The notes beneath the pieces are model-generated. The model was not told the origin of the DNA and made no database searches. It worked only from the letters and a program-made list of their open reading frames with translations. A stretch of DNA of 53,337 bases. It comes from a bacterium (lineage in GTDB: Bacteria > Arandabacterota > Arandabacteria > Arandabacterales > Arandabacteraceae). This document shows, piece by piece, positions 27,309-35,871 of the stretch. The first letter of the stretch is position 1. Each line of letters begins with the position of its first letter. A program made the translations under genes and the position numbers. Location of the stretch: the NCBI GenBank assembly GCA_025774115.1, contig JALGWN010000003.1, positions 1-53,337 of the forward strand, given 5' to 3'.

Positions 27309-28318
27309 CTCTTGAGTGTCGTGACCTGAATTTCCCTGAGGTATCTGGCTGCATCTTCAGGTGCGGTCGGGTTTATGTAGAAACCCGAGCCCCATTCGAA
27401 GCCCGCTACCTTGGTCAGCTTGGGCATGATCTCAAGGTGCCAGTGATACCAGTTCCTGTTATCTCCCTGCAGGGGCAGGGTATGGAGGATAAAGTTGTAC
27501 GGAGGGCTGTTGAGGGCCGCGTTTATCTTCATCAGGATCTCCTTCAGGATCCTTGCAAGATGATGGATCTCGTTCTTCTCGATATCCTGAAACGCCGCTT
27601 TGTGGGTCTTGGGAAGAATCCAGGTTTCAAACGGGAACCTGGCTGCGAATGGCTCTATGGCCAGGAAGTTCTCGTTGGAACTCACGACCCTGACATCATC
27701 GCTCAGCTCCTGAGAGACTATATCACAGTAGATGCACCTTTCCTTGAAATCATAGTACTTCCGCGCGCCCTCGATTTCCTCGACGACCCGTTTGGGAACA
27801 ATGGGCATCGCCACCAGCTGGGTATGGGAATGCTCGAGTGAGGCACCCGCCGCCTCGCCGTGGTTCTTGAATACAACGATATACTTGAAACGCTTGTCCT
27901 TCTTGAGATCTAAGATCCGCTCTTTCCACGTGGAAAGCACCTGGGCCACCGTGTCCTCATCCAAATCGCTCAGAGTCTTGTCGTGATCCGGGGTCTCGAT
28001 AATGACCTCGTGAGCGCCTATGCCGTTCATCTTGTCGTAGATCCCCTCCCCCTGCCGATTGAGATCCCCCTCTATCTGCAAGGCGGGAAACTTATTCGAC
28101 ACCACCCGCACTTTCCAGCCCGGTGTATCCGGTCTGGTGCCCTGGTCTCTCAGTGCGTAAACCTCTGGTGGCGTCTTGGTCTCGTTTCCCACGCAGAAGG
28201 GGCAGAAATCGCTCGATCTTGCGGCAGGAACGGATGCGAAATCGGTAGGTCTCTTGCCCCTCTCGGTGGATATAATCACCCACCTACCAATGATGGGGTC
28301 TTTTCTGAGTTCAGGCAT
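27305..28318 (-). CDS. galT: GalT-family hexose-1-phosphate nucleotidyltransferase (HIT superfamily)
   Basis: RKDPIIGRWVIISTERGKRP, Zn site CPFCVGNE, nucleotidyl-His motif EHSHTQLVAMP. Stop overlaps the glgA start (GTGA). Confidence 0.85.
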   Translation of the reverse strand: MPELRKDPIIGRWVIISTERGKRPTDFASVPAARSSDFCPFCVGNETKTPPEVYALRDQGTRPDTPGWKVRVVSNKFPALQIEGDLNRQGEGIYDKMNGIGAHEVIIETPDHDKTLSDLDEDTVAQVLSTWKERILDLKKDKRFKYIVVFKNHGEAAGASLEHSHTQLVAMPIVPKRVVEEIEGARKYYDFKERCIYCDIVSQELSDDVRVVSSNENFLAIEPFAARFPFETWILPKTHKAAFQDIEKNEIHHLARILKEILMKINAALNSPPYNFILHTLPLQGDNRNWYHWHLEIMPKLTKVAGFEWGSGFYINPTAPEDAARYLREIQVTTLKR

Positions 28319-28352
28319 AAACCCCGGCTACCTCCTGTATCCATGACGCAAT

Positions 28353-28382
28353 ATATAAATTACTCGAGCGCCCCTATGTCAA
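28353..28382 (-). promoter_or_regulatory. sigma70-type promoter for galT-glgA
   Basis: Minus strand: TTGACA (28382..28377), 18 nt, TTATAT (28358..28353), located in the 75-nt gap after the FemAB-like gene. Confidence 0.4.
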
Positions 28383-28393
28383 TAGCAAAGTCC

Positions 28394-29464
28394 TTATCCC
28401 AAGTGTCTATAGAGGATCCTGCCGAACGCTTTCCCGACGAAAGCCGGCGATCGCTTGAGAACCGCCGTCAGCAGGCGGTACTTGGCTGTCTCCTCAATGG
28501 TGGACGCCGTTCCCCGGACCTCCGGGTGATAGAAGTACTCAAGGTCTACCTCGTGGGCATTCCACCTCTCCTTGAAGTACCTCAGGTTCTTGCTCTTCTT
28601 CGCGGTTCTGAGGAAATCGAATCTCTCGAATCCCCTAGCGCAACCCGCCTCCATAGCCTTCCAGAACATAATCTGATGAACCCGGTGCGAACGGTATGCG
28701 GCGTCGCTGCCGATGTATGCTGCACAGATGGTTTTACCGAAACCGAGGGTTATGAGCCCGCCGACACAACGCTCTTCGTGCATTGCCATGAAAAGGTCCA
28801 GGTAATCGTGCCGAAGGCCGCGCCAGAGGTTTTTGAAGAAACCATAGGATTGGGGCGGCACTCCGTGGCTTTGTCTGGAGGGCGCATAGATATCGTAGAA
28901 GCGTTTGAGATCTTCTTCGCTTTCCCCCGCCCTGACTGTGACGCCCTTCTTGCCGGCCTGCCGCACCTCTGTCCTCACGTTCCGGTCTTTGAATCGCCTC
29001 CAGACGACATCGGGATCGGGATCAAGATCTACTATCGACGTGATGAAGTAGCTCACTGCGGTCAGCCTGGCGTCTTGGACAGGGTTGATGTCGGCCTGGG
29101 TTCGAATCTCGATCGCCGCGTCTCCTCTTGCCTGATACAGGTCTATGGCCTCCTCAAGCAGGCGCCGAGATGTCTCCTCGTCCCCTATCGGGCCGCACAC
29201 GTTGCTGAAAGGAAGGGAGACGAGTCTCCTCCCCGTAAGCCAGCTCGCAACCTCCATCATCGGCAGGACGCCGGTCAACCCGCTTTCATCAAAACACCCC
29301 AGGTAGACCGGATCGTAACCGTAGGTGGCGACAAGGGCGTCTCTCCATTCAGGTGTGTGGTACACGGTTGCCTGTGGGTTCCCATCGAGGAAACCTCTGA
29401 GGACCGCGTCATCGACTTGGGTAAGAATCCTGATATCGGTCACCGTAACCTGCCCTCGGCTCAA
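28394..29464 (-). CDS. FemAB-related / BioF2-like GNAT-fold acyltransferase (EPS-locus type)
   Basis: 356 aa. ...TVYHTPEWRDALVATYGYDPVYLGC..., RRLVSLPFSNVCGP, NVRTEVRQAGKKGV, FYDIY...SHGVPPQS, RYFKERW. From memory this pattern fits the PEP-CTERM-locus FemAB-related family. Confidence 0.7.
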   Translation of the reverse strand: MSRGQVTVTDIRILTQVDDAVLRGFLDGNPQATVYHTPEWRDALVATYGYDPVYLGCFDESGLTGVLPMMEVASWLTGRRLVSLPFSNVCGPIGDEETSRRLLEEAIDLYQARGDAAIEIRTQADINPVQDARLTAVSYFITSIVDLDPDPDVVWRRFKDRNVRTEVRQAGKKGVTVRAGESEEDLKRFYDIYAPSRQSHGVPPQSYGFFKNLWRGLRHDYLDLFMAMHEERCVGGLITLGFGKTICAAYIGSDAAYRSHRVHQIMFWKAMEAGCARGFERFDFLRTAKKSKNLRYFKERWNAHEVDLEYFYHPEVRGTASTIEETAKYRLLTAVLKRSPAFVGKAFGRILYRHLG

Positions 29465-29474
29465 GAGCCTTCAC

Positions 29475-30707
29475 TCAGACCAGCGAATCGTATATCTCCA
29501 TGATTCGCTTGTAGTGTGTCTCGGCGTCGAACTCCCGTTCCACCCGCTGCCTGGCTTTCCGGCCCATCTCACACACCCGGCCGGGGTTTTCCAGAAGATA
29601 TCTGACCGCCCCATCCAGGCCCCGGACACTTCCCGGCTCGAAGAGAAGCCCGGTCTCGCCATCGGCTACCATCTCCGGCATCCCACCTATGTTCGAAGCA
29701 ACCACCGGCTTGCCCAGGGCGAAAGCCTCCAGAACGGTGTACGGGAAATTCTCATACCATATAGACGGCATCGCCACACACATGGTTTGGCTGACTATTC
29801 GGTGGAGGCGACTCCTGTCCACGTACCCTAGGAACTCGACATTTCCGCGGTCCGACTTCACCGCTAACTCCTCGGACAAGGTCTCCAGACGCTCCCGTTC
29901 AGGCCCATCGCCGGCCATAATGATCCTCACATCCGGCATCCCCCTTCCCACCCTGACCAGGCTGTCGAGACCCTTCTCGACCACCAAGCGGCCGAAATAT
30001 ATGACTCCCTCGCCGCCGTAATGCGGCGTATAGGAACCGGTATCTATAAAGTTGTGCACCACCCTTACCTTAGCCCGATCGAAGCCGCAATCCACCAGCC
30101 GGTCCCGGGCGAACGCACTCGGGGTTATTATGACGTCTATAAGATCGTAGTACTTTCGAAAGCGGGTGAACGTGCCCTCGAGAGCGATCGCCAGGCTCCC
30201 GGCCAGCGAATTCTCCTTGCATCTGGCGAGCGCGGCTTTGTAGAAATGCCTGCCTTTGCATGCCGTACAGATCCTGCCCTTGGCCAACAGCAGCGAGTTG
30301 GGACATACCGGATCGTAGTCGTGGGCGGTGAAAACGACAGGCAGACCTCTCTCCTTTGCCGCCCCGACTACGGAGAAGGTGAGGTGGCGCCGGAAGTTCT
30401 GCAGATGGACGATATCGGGTCGGGTCTTGTCCAGAAGCCGTCCGAACTTCTGCCGGGCTTCACCGGAATAGAGGGACCTTGTAAAGGCCTTGAGGCGTTC
30501 GATCGGATTCCTGCTCCTGAAGGCTTCACCGAAATCGATATGATCGGCGAAGAACTCACTGTACTCCGAATCCACGTTCTCCCGATGTCTCATAGCGAAA
30601 TGGACGACCTCATGCCCCTTCAAGCGGAGAAGGTCCGCCAGATCGAAAGTGTAGGTACAGTCACCACCCCTGCGGTAGTGAAACGTGTTTACCAGGCAGA
30701 TCCGCAA
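29475..30707 (-). CDS. glycosyltransferase family 4 (GT-B), with a 4-Cys insertion
   Basis: MRICLVNTFHYRRGG..., C-terminal E-x7-E region ENFPYTVLEAFALGKPVVASNIGGMPEMV. Insertion C135-x11-C-x2-C-x12-C163. Confidence 0.88.
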   Translation of the reverse strand: MRICLVNTFHYRRGGDCTYTFDLADLLRLKGHEVVHFAMRHRENVDSEYSEFFADHIDFGEAFRSRNPIERLKAFTRSLYSGEARQKFGRLLDKTRPDIVHLQNFRRHLTFSVVGAAKERGLPVVFTAHDYDPVCPNSLLLAKGRICTACKGRHFYKAALARCKENSLAGSLAIALEGTFTRFRKYYDLIDVIITPSAFARDRLVDCGFDRAKVRVVHNFIDTGSYTPHYGGEGVIYFGRLVVEKGLDSLVRVGRGMPDVRIIMAGDGPERERLETLSEELAVKSDRGNVEFLGYVDRSRLHRIVSQTMCVAMPSIWYENFPYTVLEAFALGKPVVASNIGGMPEMVADGETGLLFEPGSVRGLDGAVRYLLENPGRVCEMGRKARQRVEREFDAETHYKRIMEIYDSLV

Positions 30708-30711
30708 GAGG

Positions 30712-31968
30712 CTAACCCTCCTTGAAACGTCTGAGGAAATCCCCCAGGGTCAGACAGTCGATATCGCCCGTGACGGCCAGTGCGGCTGTGAAAGGTCCGG
30801 GCCAGCGTGTGTCGGCCAGGAGGGGATTCGGGCAACGACCTATGCTTGCCTCAAGTTCGGCGACTTCGATGTCCCTATCGACATATAGGCTCACTGAGTC
30901 TCTATCTGCCGTTATATCATAAAAATAGCCCATTTCTCTAATAGTTCTTCTAAGGGCGGATGAGACCTTCCTGCTTATGCCTACCAGCGGCCTGCAACTC
31001 GATCGAACCTCTTCCTCGGGGCCGAGTGCACGGCCCACTCCACTCAAGGGTTCCACAACCTTGAGACCGAGCCCGGCCGGGCCGCTCGCTCTGGCCCGGT
31101 AGGCGCCCCTTCCCAGCGGGGTAAGATCAACCCCGGCACCCACACGCTCGGCCCACCAGCAAGCGATCTCCCACAGGCTCGCGATCCAAAAGGCCCCGCC
31201 CTCATGTGCAAACTGAAGCACCCGCCTGAGCGCCGCCTCCAGATGGAGAATACGTTCCGGATGGAGCTGCACAATCAGCATTTCCCCCCTCTCCAGGGCC
31301 TGGCCGGCCATTTCCGTCCATACATCGCCTATTTGCGCAATCGGGAGTCCCATCCTGTCCAAGAGGATCTCGTCGTCGGGGAGCGAAACCGGGATCTCGA
31401 CAATACCACCTATATACCGGGGCAGCGATCTTTCGGAAGGGTACTTGACCGGATTGTAGAAGCGGAGGCCTCTCATGAGGCCGTCGGCCCTCTGCCGGCT
31501 GAGGCCTTGGAGGGACTCGGCAGGCTCCCAGTAGAATGGGAGATTGCTGTCATACTCGAACCCCAGTTTTTCCACCGCCTCCAATGTAGCGGCATTGTAC
31601 TTGAGATATGGGCTCCGGAATCCCCGGGCGTCTATGCCGTGTTCGGCGAACAGGCCTACCGCCCTGCGGATATGCTCTTCCTGGATCTCCGGCGGGAGTC
31701 GGGCCATGTCGGTGTGGATAAGACCGTGAACACAAAGCTCGACCCCGCCCTCCACCAGTTTTCGCGCTACTTGAGGGTTGCGGTCCATGACCGTGGCCGT
31801 GATCGGCAGCGAGGGATGGCCTCCGTATTCCGCCACCACATCCCTATAGGTGAGGAGCCGCCTCTCCATCCTGTCGGCGGTCATACCGAAACGGGTCGCG
31901 ACCTGCCATGTGCGCGCCACCGTATTCTTCAGGCCCCTTGAACTCAGGACGAACCTCAGTCTATTCAC
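30712..31968 (-). CDS. divergent CE4/NodB-like polysaccharide deacetylase-family protein
   Basis: GTG start. NodB-like His motif CVHGLIHTD and RGFRSPY. Motif 1 is divergent (ITATVMDRN). About 200 aa of C-terminal extension. Confidence 0.55.
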   Translation of the reverse strand: MNRLRFVLSSRGLKNTVARTWQVATRFGMTADRMERRLLTYRDVVAEYGGHPSLPITATVMDRNPQVARKLVEGGVELCVHGLIHTDMARLPPEIQEEHIRRAVGLFAEHGIDARGFRSPYLKYNAATLEAVEKLGFEYDSNLPFYWEPAESLQGLSRQRADGLMRGLRFYNPVKYPSERSLPRYIGGIVEIPVSLPDDEILLDRMGLPIAQIGDVWTEMAGQALERGEMLIVQLHPERILHLEAALRRVLQFAHEGGAFWIASLWEIACWWAERVGAGVDLTPLGRGAYRARASGPAGLGLKVVEPLSGVGRALGPEEEVRSSCRPLVGISRKVSSALRRTIREMGYFYDITADRDSVSLYVDRDIEVAELEASIGRCPNPLLADTRWPGPFTAALAVTGDIDCLTLGDFLRRFKEG

Positions 31969-31989
31969 AACAGTACCTTCCTAATAGGG

Positions 31990-32018
31990 TTGACACGCCA
32001 GGCGACCATACCCATAAT
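31990..32018 (+). promoter_or_regulatory. sigma70-type promoter placed for a leaderless GT2 mRNA
   Basis: TTGACA (31990..31995), 17 nt, CATAAT (32013..32018). ATG 32026 lies 7 nt after the -10 and no SD is present. Confidence 0.45.
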
Positions 32019-32025
32019 AGGCTGT

Positions 32026-32727
32026 ATGAGCGAACTCATGTTTCCCGAAATAAAAGTATCCATAGTGATCCCGGTTTTCAACGAGCGCCCCACACTGATG
32101 AAGATCCTGGCTATGGTCGAGAGCCTGCCGCTCAACAAAGAACTCGTGATCGTGGACGACGGCTCCACCGATGGGTCGAGAAACGTCCTCGAAGACCTTC
32201 CTTCCGAGCGGGCGCGTGTGATCTTCCACGAGACCAATATGGGCAAGGGCGCAGCCATAAGGACCGCAATACCGGCTACGACCGGTGACGTCATCGTCAT
32301 CCAGGACGCCGACCTGGAATACGATCCCCAGGACCTTGTGAAGCTCCTGAAACCCATCCATGACGGCAAAGCCGACGTCGTATACGGCTCGCGCTTCACC
32401 GGTGAAAGGAAGAATATGTTCTTCTGGCATTGGGTCGGCAACAGATTCCTCACCCTGGTGACCAATATTCTCTATGATACCACCTTGTCCGATATGGAAA
32501 CATGTTACAAGATGTTCAAGGCCGATGTACTCAAGGGGCTTCAACTCAACTCCATGAGGTTCGAAATAGAGGTGGAGATGACCGCGAAGGTCCTGAAGAG
32601 CGGTCACAGGATATATGAAATTCCCATCTCTTATGCCGGCCGGGAGTTCCATGAGGGTAAGAAGATAACCTGGCGTGACGGTATCGTTGCTCTGCTTAAC
32701 CTCGTCAGGTACAGACTCTCGGACTGA
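32026..32727 (+). CDS. glycosyltransferase family 2, polyprenyl-phosphate sugar synthase-like (DPM1/ArnC/GtrB type)
   Basis: VSIVIPVFNERPTLMKIL, VIVDDGSTDGS, IQDADLEYDP, YGSRF. Soluble, 233 aa. Start set to ATG 32026, because the track start at TTG 31990 coincides with the -35 hexamer. Confidence 0.85.
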   Translation: MSELMFPEIKVSIVIPVFNERPTLMKILAMVESLPLNKELVIVDDGSTDGSRNVLEDLPSERARVIFHETNMGKGAAIRTAIPATTGDVIVIQDADLEYDPQDLVKLLKPIHDGKADVVYGSRFTGERKNMFFWHWVGNRFLTLVTNILYDTTLSDMETCYKMFKADVLKGLQLNSMRFEIEVEMTAKVLKSGHRIYEIPISYAGREFHEGKKITWRDGIVALLNLVRYRLSD

Positions 32728-32736
32728 TACCATGCC

Positions 32737-33708
32737 TCAGGTTCCCTTCAACCCCTTCCCGACAAGCCGCATCATCGCAGCCGCCGGCCAGAGATAGTAC
32801 TTTGCCTTGAAAAGCCCGGCATACATGGCGAGCCCTTTCCCGTCTCTGTCACCGGACACAGCCGCTGTAGCATTCAGGAGCCTCAGTGTGTGAGGCTCGT
32901 CGCCGAACCTGTTGAACCCACTCCCATCCAGAAAAGAGGTGTAGGCCGTTTGCTTGAGAAGCCTCCTGAGATCGATACCCGGCGATGGACCGACCCTTGC
33001 GAAGCCGGGCTCGCTTCCGGTCAGGCCGGAGATTCTCTCCCTGAAGCGTCCCAGGAGCGCCTTCAGACCTGCGGCATCCTCAAGACCGTCCCTTCCCACG
33101 AGGCTCAGCCCGAGCGAGACTTCCGAGGGCAATCCTGAAACGCGGCTGAATGCGGTGTTGTCTTCTGCCGCCCTCAGAGGAAGGAGAACTGTGATATCGA
33201 AGCCGGGTAGCGCGGCAACGATCTCAACAAGGTCTTCGATGCCGGTCGCTTCTATGACCAGACCGACGCCCTTCTTGGGCACATACCTTTGCTCCCGAAC
33301 AAACTCAACCACATCGCTTAGCGGGACTGCTTCATAGCCGCGGTCCATGAGATCGCGGACCGCATCTCCGATCCGCTCGACCATCCCGACAGCCCCCTTC
33401 GCAGAGCCCAGGTCGAAGAAGAGCACGGGAACTCGCTCCTCATATGAGAACAGCAGGAGCCTCACAAAGACAAAACCACCGGCACCTGCCAGGATGCGGG
33501 AAACCAGCACAGCCCATCGCTGCTTGACGGCATCGGGGTTCCTCACGTGCCCCGCAAAGACACCAAGGCACAGGAGCACCGCCAGCGCTCCTGCAAGGAT
33601 AAGCCACCTGCGGCCTGCCTGCCTGTAAAGTTGGGCCGGAAAGGCCTCGTGCCGGGGTCGCCCTCCACTCTCGTTAACCGAGCTATCACCCACGACACAC
33701 CTCTTCAA
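32737..33708 (-). CDS. hypothetical membrane-anchored protein
   Basis: ORF with a TTG start and two N-terminal hydrophobic helices (WLILAGALAVLLCLGVF, ILAGAGGFVFVRLLLF). No motif I can name. Kept because it fills the operon in the coding orientation. Confidence 0.4.
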   Translation of the reverse strand: MKRCVVGDSSVNESGGRPRHEAFPAQLYRQAGRRWLILAGALAVLLCLGVFAGHVRNPDAVKQRWAVLVSRILAGAGGFVFVRLLLFSYEERVPVLFFDLGSAKGAVGMVERIGDAVRDLMDRGYEAVPLSDVVEFVREQRYVPKKGVGLVIEATGIEDLVEIVAALPGFDITVLLPLRAAEDNTAFSRVSGLPSEVSLGLSLVGRDGLEDAAGLKALLGRFRERISGLTGSEPGFARVGPSPGIDLRRLLKQTAYTSFLDGSGFNRFGDEPHTLRLLNATAAVSGDRDGKGLAMYAGLFKAKYYLWPAAAMMRLVGKGLKGT

Positions 33709-33789
33709 GATGGGTGACGATCGCGTCGCCGTACCCCACGATATCGCGGTATACCGCCGGTATGCCGTTCCAACCTGTCATGAGGATTC

Positions 33790-34998
33790 TCATCCCAGCA
33801 CTTCCTTGTAGAGCGCCATTAGTTTCTCATAGTGAGAGGCGGGTGAATACTCTTTCCCCACCAGTTCTCTTGCCTGTCGCCCTAAGGTCAGCCTATCCTT
33901 TTCGTCGGCCATGGTCTTGTCCACCGCTGAAACAAGTGAATCCACCCGGTCGGGTGTGAAGAGATACCCCGTGACACCGTCCCGGACAAGCTCGGGAATA
34001 CCCCCCGCCCGCGATGCGACAACAGGCTTGCCGCGCGCAAATGCCTCCAATATGCTCAGAGGAAGATTCTCATAAGAAATCGACGGCACGACCACACAAC
34101 CGGCTCCCTTTATCAGCTCCTCAAGGGCTTCCCCGGCGACATAGCCGAGGAAGCGCACATTGTCCAGGTTCGCGGCCTGCTTCCTGAATCCATCGAGCAG
34201 AGGCCCCTCGCCCGCTATGAGAAAGCGCACGGTCTTAAGCCGGGCGGCGGCCTCAATAACGGTACCTACCCCCTTCTCCACGGAGATCCTCCCCGCGAAT
34301 AGCACATACCCACGGTTCTCCGAGGTATAGTCCGGACCCGGTGGTATGAAATAGGGCAGATGCACTATCCTATCTGCGATCCACGCGAGAGTCGAAACCT
34401 TGCGCTTCAGAAAAAGGCTCGGTGCGATGAAGAGTCCGACCTTCTTGTATAATCCCATCCAGGAATGGAGATATGCCTCGAAGGTACCCAGGACAGTCGA
34501 GGAGACAAGCCCGTCGATGCACTTCTTCGGCAAGGCGTGCCGGTACCTACCGCCGGCACAGGCTTCGCAAGCCCGGCCGTCGACGAAGAAAGAGTGCGCC
34601 GGGCATACGAGACTCAGATCGTGCATGGTCTGGACTGTGGGCACACCCCCGGCGACAGCCGCATCGATCATCGACGGTGACAGCTGTCGCGTTATGTTGT
34701 GGAAATGGATCACATCGGGTTTGAGATCGTCGATAAGGAGGCCCATCTTCTTCTTCGCCTCGGTGGAATAGAGAATACGGAAAACCGTTCGCAGCTTCTC
34801 GGCGGGGCCCATCGGCGCGTTGAGATCGATCTCACTTACGAAGTAGGATTCCTGCAGGGAAGGGTGATTTCGCGGGTGTCTCATCGAGAAATGAAGGACC
34901 TCATGGCTTCGATCTTCCAGAAGCCGGCAGAGGTCGAAGAAGTACCTCTCCGAACCGCCGCGGACGTAGAAAAACTTGTTTACCTGGAGTATCCTCAT
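33790..34998 (-). CDS. glycosyltransferase family 4 (paralogue of 29475..30707), with the same 4-Cys insertion
   Basis: Start set to ATG 34998 (MRILQVNKFFYVRGGSERYFFDL...), parallel to the paralogue's N-terminus. ENLPLSILEAFARGKPVVASRAGGIPELV. C132-x11-C-x2-C-x12-C160. Confidence 0.88.
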   Translation of the reverse strand: MRILQVNKFFYVRGGSERYFFDLCRLLEDRSHEVLHFSMRHPRNHPSLQESYFVSEIDLNAPMGPAEKLRTVFRILYSTEAKKKMGLLIDDLKPDVIHFHNITRQLSPSMIDAAVAGGVPTVQTMHDLSLVCPAHSFFVDGRACEACAGGRYRHALPKKCIDGLVSSTVLGTFEAYLHSWMGLYKKVGLFIAPSLFLKRKVSTLAWIADRIVHLPYFIPPGPDYTSENRGYVLFAGRISVEKGVGTVIEAAARLKTVRFLIAGEGPLLDGFRKQAANLDNVRFLGYVAGEALEELIKGAGCVVVPSISYENLPLSILEAFARGKPVVASRAGGIPELVRDGVTGYLFTPDRVDSLVSAVDKTMADEKDRLTLGRQARELVGKEYSPASHYEKLMALYKEVLG

Positions 34999-35057
34999 AT
35001 GCCTATGAAGATCCTGTGTGAGTGATGCACCGGCTCGGCCCAACCCGCTTCGGCCGG

Positions 35058-35079
35058 GAGAGGGAGGATCCTCCTTCTC
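35058..35079. promoter_or_regulatory. 22-bp near-perfect palindrome in a 249-nt intra-operon gap
   Basis: GAGAGGGAGGATCCTCCTTCTC: 10 of 11 positions pair, centred on GGATCC. About 60 nt upstream of the GT4 start at 34998. Confidence 0.3.
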
Positions 35080-35247
35080 ATCTCCGGTGGTAGGGTGCAG
35101 GCCGACGGAACATCCTCGAGTCCGGAAATGCAACATGCCCTGATCCGGCCCGGATTCGACTTGGCCATCGTGGCACACCTTTCGGTTACCGCAGTGCTGC
35201 CATCTACGGTACCTCGCGACGAGGTTTCCGAATACTCCGGGCTACGT

Positions 35248-35871
35248 TCACTTGTAAGGTTTATCGGTGAGTCCTTTGGTGCACGTGAGGTCCCGTACGT
35301 CCCCTCTCACCCTCGCCGGATTGCCGTATGCCAACGAATACGGCGGCAAATCCCCGGTTACAACACTTCCGGCCCCGACCAGGCAACCCTCCCCTATCTC
35401 GGCATAAGGCAGGATGGTCACATTCACACCTATCTGAACACCCTTGCATATGTGGGGACCCCGCATGCACTCCGAGGAGTGTTCGCATCCGGGATGTATA
35501 TCGTTGGCAATGGTGACGCCGGGGGCCATGAAGGCCCTGTCCTCAATCACTGTAAACTGAGCCACATAGCAGTTGCAGTGTATCTTGACGCCGTCTCCTA
35601 TCCGACATCCGTAGTCGATCACGGAGTTGTTCCAGATCGAGAAATCATCACCGATCTTGTTTTCTTCTCTTATGACCACATTGTGACCGGTCTGAAGATT
35701 CTTGCCGATCTCGACGCCGCTGTAGATCACGGTTCCCGACCTGAGCCGGCCCCCGTCTCCGATCAACACACGGTCTATGTTCTTGCCCCGCGAAGCCGGA
35801 TAGCCCAACAACACCCCCACATCTATGACGCAACCTCTTCCGGTCTCCACCACCGGTCTCTCTTTGATCAT
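35248..35871 (-). CDS. left-handed beta-helix (hexapeptide-repeat) sugar N-acetyltransferase, WbpD/WlbB-like
   Basis: Repeated [LIV]G-x4 hexapeptides (IGDGGRLRSGTVIYSGVEIGKNLQTGHNVVI...IGDGVKI...VQIGVNVTI...IGEGCLVGAGSVV). Confidence 0.85.
   Translation of the reverse strand: MIKERPVVETGRGCVIDVGVLLGYPASRGKNIDRVLIGDGGRLRSGTVIYSGVEIGKNLQTGHNVVIREENKIGDDFSIWNNSVIDYGCRIGDGVKIHCNCYVAQFTVIEDRAFMAPGVTIANDIHPGCEHSSECMRGPHICKGVQIGVNVTILPYAEIGEGCLVGAGSVVTGDLPPYSLAYGNPARVRGDVRDLTCTKGLTDKPYK

Noticed and set aside
32737-33708. Calling the membrane hypothetical protein a degenerate CE4 deacetylase on the basis of VLFFDLG resembling TFDDG.
   Set aside because: Only one short, imperfect motif supports it. 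No His-x3-His or RxPY motifs are present.
34999-35178. 60-aa N-terminal extension of the GT4 ORF 33790..35178.
   Set aside because: The paralogue at 29475..30707 starts exactly at the equivalent MRI(C/L)... residue, and the extension has no protein-like character.
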